A stretch of 10,883 nt of DNA. Source: Octopus sinensis. Taxonomy: Eukaryota. This document shows, in pieces, positions 7,961 to 10,883 of the stretch (position 1 is its first letter; every line of letters starts with the position of its first letter). Made by a program: the position numbers and the translations under genes. The stretch spans positions 1 through 10,883 of the forward strand of contig NW_021827279.1 of assembly GCF_006345805.1 (NCBI RefSeq), read 5' to 3'. The notes under the pieces were generated by a model that searched no databases, was not told the DNA's origin, and saw only the letters and a list, made by a program, of their open reading frames with translations.

Positions 7961-9056
7961 TAATAACCTTCTGCATTGAATTTCAGGTGTTAAGTAATCT
8001 AATTTTTGTATTTAACAATGGAATGGAGTATCAAAGAAAACGGTATAATTGTTGTTGGTCTTTAAAAGTAGGTCACGATGATTGAGTATCGCACCACAAA
8101 GAGGTTCGTAGATCATCAGGCTATGTATGACATCTCAAGGAAAGGTCGTGCTCGCACTGTAAGGACTCCCATGTAGGTCAAAACTGTTGGAGACAGAATT
8201 CGAAGAAAACGTGTGAGGAAGTAAAAATTCATGGCTAGAGAGATGGAAGTTTCGCCCAGATCGATATTTAGGTTAACCAGGGAAGATCAAAATATGTGGG
8301 CATTTCAATGATGTACCGGATACATGTTAACTCCTTCATTGAAAGCAATCTGAGTGAGAAGATTCCAACAGCTTCTTCTCCGGTACGCAGGCAGTGCTCA
8401 TTGAAACATCTTTTTCACTGATGACAAAATTTTCACCGTAGAAAGCTAGAACCATCAAAATGACAGGGTGTACGCCCACAGCTCTAAAAAAGCTTCTGAG
8501 GTCATTCACATAGTTCAAATAGGCCATCACTCTGCTTCAGTCATGGTTTGGTGGGGTGTGCTTTACGGAAGAGTGATTGTGTTCATTTATGTGAAAAAAG
8601 GGAGGAAATCACAGCTCGTGTGTACATCACTGATGTCCTGGAAGGTAACAAATTCTTGTTCAATGGCAAAGAATGGAGCTTCCAGTAGGACTCAGCCCCA
8701 GAGCACAAACCCAAGGTAACTCAGGAGTGGTTGACTTCACGAAGGCGGCAGATTGGCCGTCTAGGAGTCCGGATTTGAATCCTGTTGATTACAAACTGTG
8801 GATTCTGTTAAGCGCGCCCTTGTCGCTGCGACGACCAATTTTCCAATTTAAATTGTACGTACCGCAATATATGAATAACTTCAGCGTTTAAAGCGTTGTA
8901 TCAACAAAGAAGCGGGGACATTTTAAAATAAATTTTGTGGATATAGTTTTTCGTTCAGCCCACTAATAAATGTTGAATGTTTCATTTGAATGCGATCCTT
9001 AATTATCTTGTAATTCAAGTTTTCCTTTTTAGCAACATTTACCGCTACACTACGTA
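7961..9056 (+). mobile_element. maT/DD37D DNA transposon remnant; left end not found, right end tentative
   Basis: Contains the transposase pseudogene, AATAAA at 8965-8970, and a candidate right terminus CATTTACCGCTACACTACG followed by TA at 9055-9056. No matching left TIR was found. Confidence 0.6.
8018..8931 (+). pseudogene. Decayed DD37D (maT, Bmmar1-like) Tc1/mariner-superfamily transposase
   Basis: MEWSIKENGIIVVGL; GRARTVRTP; RIRRKRVRK*KFMAREM; IFFTDDKIFTVE (D at 8420); NHQNDRVYA; SVMVWWGV; FQ*DSAPEHKPKVTQEWL (D at 8689); DWPSRSPDLNPVDY (D at 8787); RLKRCI...GHF. D2-D3 spacing is 95 nt, equal to 37 codons minus a 16-nt deletion. Many stops and frameshifts. Confidence 0.92.
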
Positions 9057-9228
9057 GAACACATTTTGTAGTATGTATTAAAAAAGGTTATAATTCAATA
9101 AAATGTTCTTACACAGAATATATCTTTAGATTTTAGGCAACACTCTATTTAATAAATGGAGATAAGCAAGTTATTCGTGAACAGTAAAAGAGGGTTCAGC
9201 TGGGTTAGTTTGCACATTGATATACCCC

Positions 9229-9240
9229 CCATATATATAT

Positions 9241-9289
<49 letters not shown>

Positions 9290-9323
9290 ATATATATATA
9301 ATATATATAATATATATATATTA
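9229..9323. repeat. (TA)n microsatellite with TAA interruptions
   Basis: Direct reading. Confidence 0.95.
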
Positions 9324-9329
9324 TGAGGT

Positions 9330-9665
9330 AAGAGCCCCTTCGGTAATAACTGACCATGGGATTGTACCTAGAAAGTTACCCTTCCAAGCACAAGTCCGGG
9401 CAAGGTTGTTTATAGAGGGACTAGCAGTAAACCATGACATACGGTGTCCCCTCTCCACTCCACCAGTGTTATCCAAGGGAAGGCAACAGCAGATACAGCT
9501 TGACACCTGTGACGTCGCAACTCATTTCTACAGCTGAGTGAACTGGGGCAACGTGAAATAAAGTGTCTTGCTCAAGAACACAACACGCAGCCCGGTCCGG
9601 GATTCAAACTCAAAACCTCACGATCGTAAGCTCGACGCCCTAACCACTGAGGCATGCACCTTCAC
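9330..9665 (-). mobile_element. tRNA-derived CORE-like SINE, family D
   Basis: Minus strand GTGAAGGTGCATGCCTCAGTGGTTAGGGCGTCGAGCTTACGATCGTGAGGTTTTGAGTTTGAATCCC (A/B-box-like), then TTCTTGAGCAAGACACTTTATTTCACGTTGCCCCAGTTCACTCAGCTGTAGAAATGAG, which resembles the MIR CORE domain. Confidence 0.75.
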
Positions 9666-9670
9666 ACATA

Positions 9671-10140
9671 TTCCCACGAGACCGGTGTTCGGCCAAGCCT
9701 GACGTTTCTTCCTTTGTTCGGCCGTTGTCCGTGCAATATCTATATTCTTCCCTGTGCCTGTGAAATCTTGTATCCCTGCCGCAAGGCTTTACTTCCACAC
9801 ACGCCAGCTTAATTTAATTCGTCCTTAGTTGTTATGTCCTGTTATTTGTATTTGTGTAACTTGCTCCGTTTTTTACGTCCTTGTTTTCGTATTAACTCGC
9901 TGCTTTCTTCCACGGAATCTAATGCTCTTAGCTTAGTTTTTCCTTCGGGCTGGCCAGATTGGAGCAATCTCGAGTATAACCAGCCGAAATTGCAAAGATA
10001 ATCTGGAACTCGACTGAGGAAAGAAAACTCCGAATGATCCGTCCTTGTTTTCTTTGTATCTTCTATCTGGATGTTTTGTTGTCCTCTTTTTGTATCACCT
10101 AATTTTCTGTATGTTTTGCGTTCTTGTCCCATTTTGTATA
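9671..10140. repeat. Unclassified repeat-like block with GTCC(T)-initiated subrepeats and a self-complementary core
   Basis: Subrepeats start at 9821, 9877, 10041, 10081 and 10126 (GTCC...TTTGTAT...TGTTTTG); nested inverted repeats lie at 9935-10029. Confidence 0.45.
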
Positions 10141-10210
10141 CTTTGATACTTTGATACTTTGATAGGTTTCGGCCATTATTGGCCCAGGCCATGTCTAACT
10201 TAATAGCACC
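10141..10210 (-). mobile_element. Very short 3' end of a non-LTR retroposon: stem-loop plus (TATCAAAG)3 tail
   Basis: Plus strand (CTTTGATA)3-GGTTTCGGCCATTATTGGCCCAGGCCATG...AGCACC parallels the family A tail (CTCTTTTA)2-CTTGTTTCAGCCATTTGACTGCGGCCATGCTGGAGCACC at 7571-7625. Confidence 0.5.
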
Positions 10211-10215
10211 ACCAT

Positions 10216-10238
10216 ATGTATATATATTTATTTATTTA

Positions 10239-10295
<57 letters not shown>

Positions 10296-10362
10296 GTATG
10301 TGTGGTATGTATGTTATGGTGTATATATATGTGTGGTGTATGTGTGTGTGTGTGTGTGTGTG
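10216..10362. repeat. (TA)n and (GT)n microsatellite
   Basis: Direct reading. Confidence 0.92.
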
Positions 10363-10686
10363 TAGGAAAAAGAAGAAAATGGAGACTGAAGTTAATAAGA
10401 GTTATCAACACCAAATCTATCATTCTCCTTTACAGCTGTTTCAATTACACACAGTGAATTAAGTTCATATTTAAGTTCATATTTCTAAGCATGATCTCTT
10501 CAAAGGGAAAAACAATACCCTTAGGTATTTTGTATGTTTTTTTGTAGAACTACAGTTCATATACACACCTACTATTTTAAAGAAATAAATTCTCCCCGAA
10601 ATAGTAGATGTTGAACCAGTATTTCTTTGGATGACACCATCCCTTCATAAGGCTAACATAACCTCTAATTGAATTAAATATTTATA

Positions 10687-10687
<1 letters not shown>

Positions 10688-10738
<51 letters not shown>

Positions 10739-10883
10739 ATTATTATTATTATAATTGCACGCCATCAAAGTGACACTGGGGTAAAATATACGAAGCCCAG
10801 TATACCCATCATGACTACCTTGCTGATAAGGTACACTAGGCACATGCATCATCACAACCATATGTGCGCGACATGGTGATCTC
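10688..10883 (-). mobile_element. Probable 3' end of a LINE/SINE with an (AAT)n tail, running off the window end
   Basis: (ATT)n at 10688-10752 abuts a complex GC-balanced block (10756-10883). This is the layout of a minus-strand retroposon 3' UTR with an (AAT)n tail; the family resemblance is from memory only. Confidence 0.55.

Noticed and set aside
9695-9709. Minus-strand GAAACGTCAGGC, resembling a hammerhead 3' half
   Set aside because: No CUGANGA core or stem II upstream on that strand.
10009-10047. CTGAGGA...CCGAA...GTC as a standalone hammerhead
   Set aside because: GAA is followed by U rather than A15.1, stem II has a terminal mismatch, and stem I does not pair after GUC.
10172-10190. 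Minus-strand CCTG-GGCC-AATAAT-GGCC-GAAAC as a hammerhead
   Set aside because: The core lacks ANGA and there is no helix III or cleavage triplet; better explained as a retroposon 3' stem-loop.
9842-10192. 116-aa minus-strand ORF
   Set aside because: No recognisable domain; it spans the unclassified repeat and a retroposon tail and reflects T-rich subrepeats.
1-10883. CRISPR array or prokaryotic operon
   Set aside because: No repeat-spacer array or dense ORFs; the composition is typical of a repeat-rich animal genome.

Overview
AT-rich eukaryotic non-coding window (intron or intergenic) with no intact protein-coding gene. Most ORFs in the track are microsatellite artefacts (poly-YI, poly-HT, poly-CV). 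The repeat landscape resembles my recollection of Octopus (coleoid cephalopod) DNA; this is not database-verified. Contents: three ~200-bp mariner-derived MITEs that keep the transposase C-terminus; copies of at least four tRNA-derived SINE families; a decayed DD37D (maT/Bmmar1-like) transposase gene at 8018-8931; 3' ends of non-LTR retroposons; and many (TA)n, (CA)n and (AAT)n tracts. The main finding is a minimal type I hammerhead ribozyme motif (5396-5441) inside a tRNA-headed, apparently Pol III-competent SINE. A second, decayed hammerhead with the same non-canonical architecture lies on the minus strand at 3328-3362 in an unrelated sequence context.
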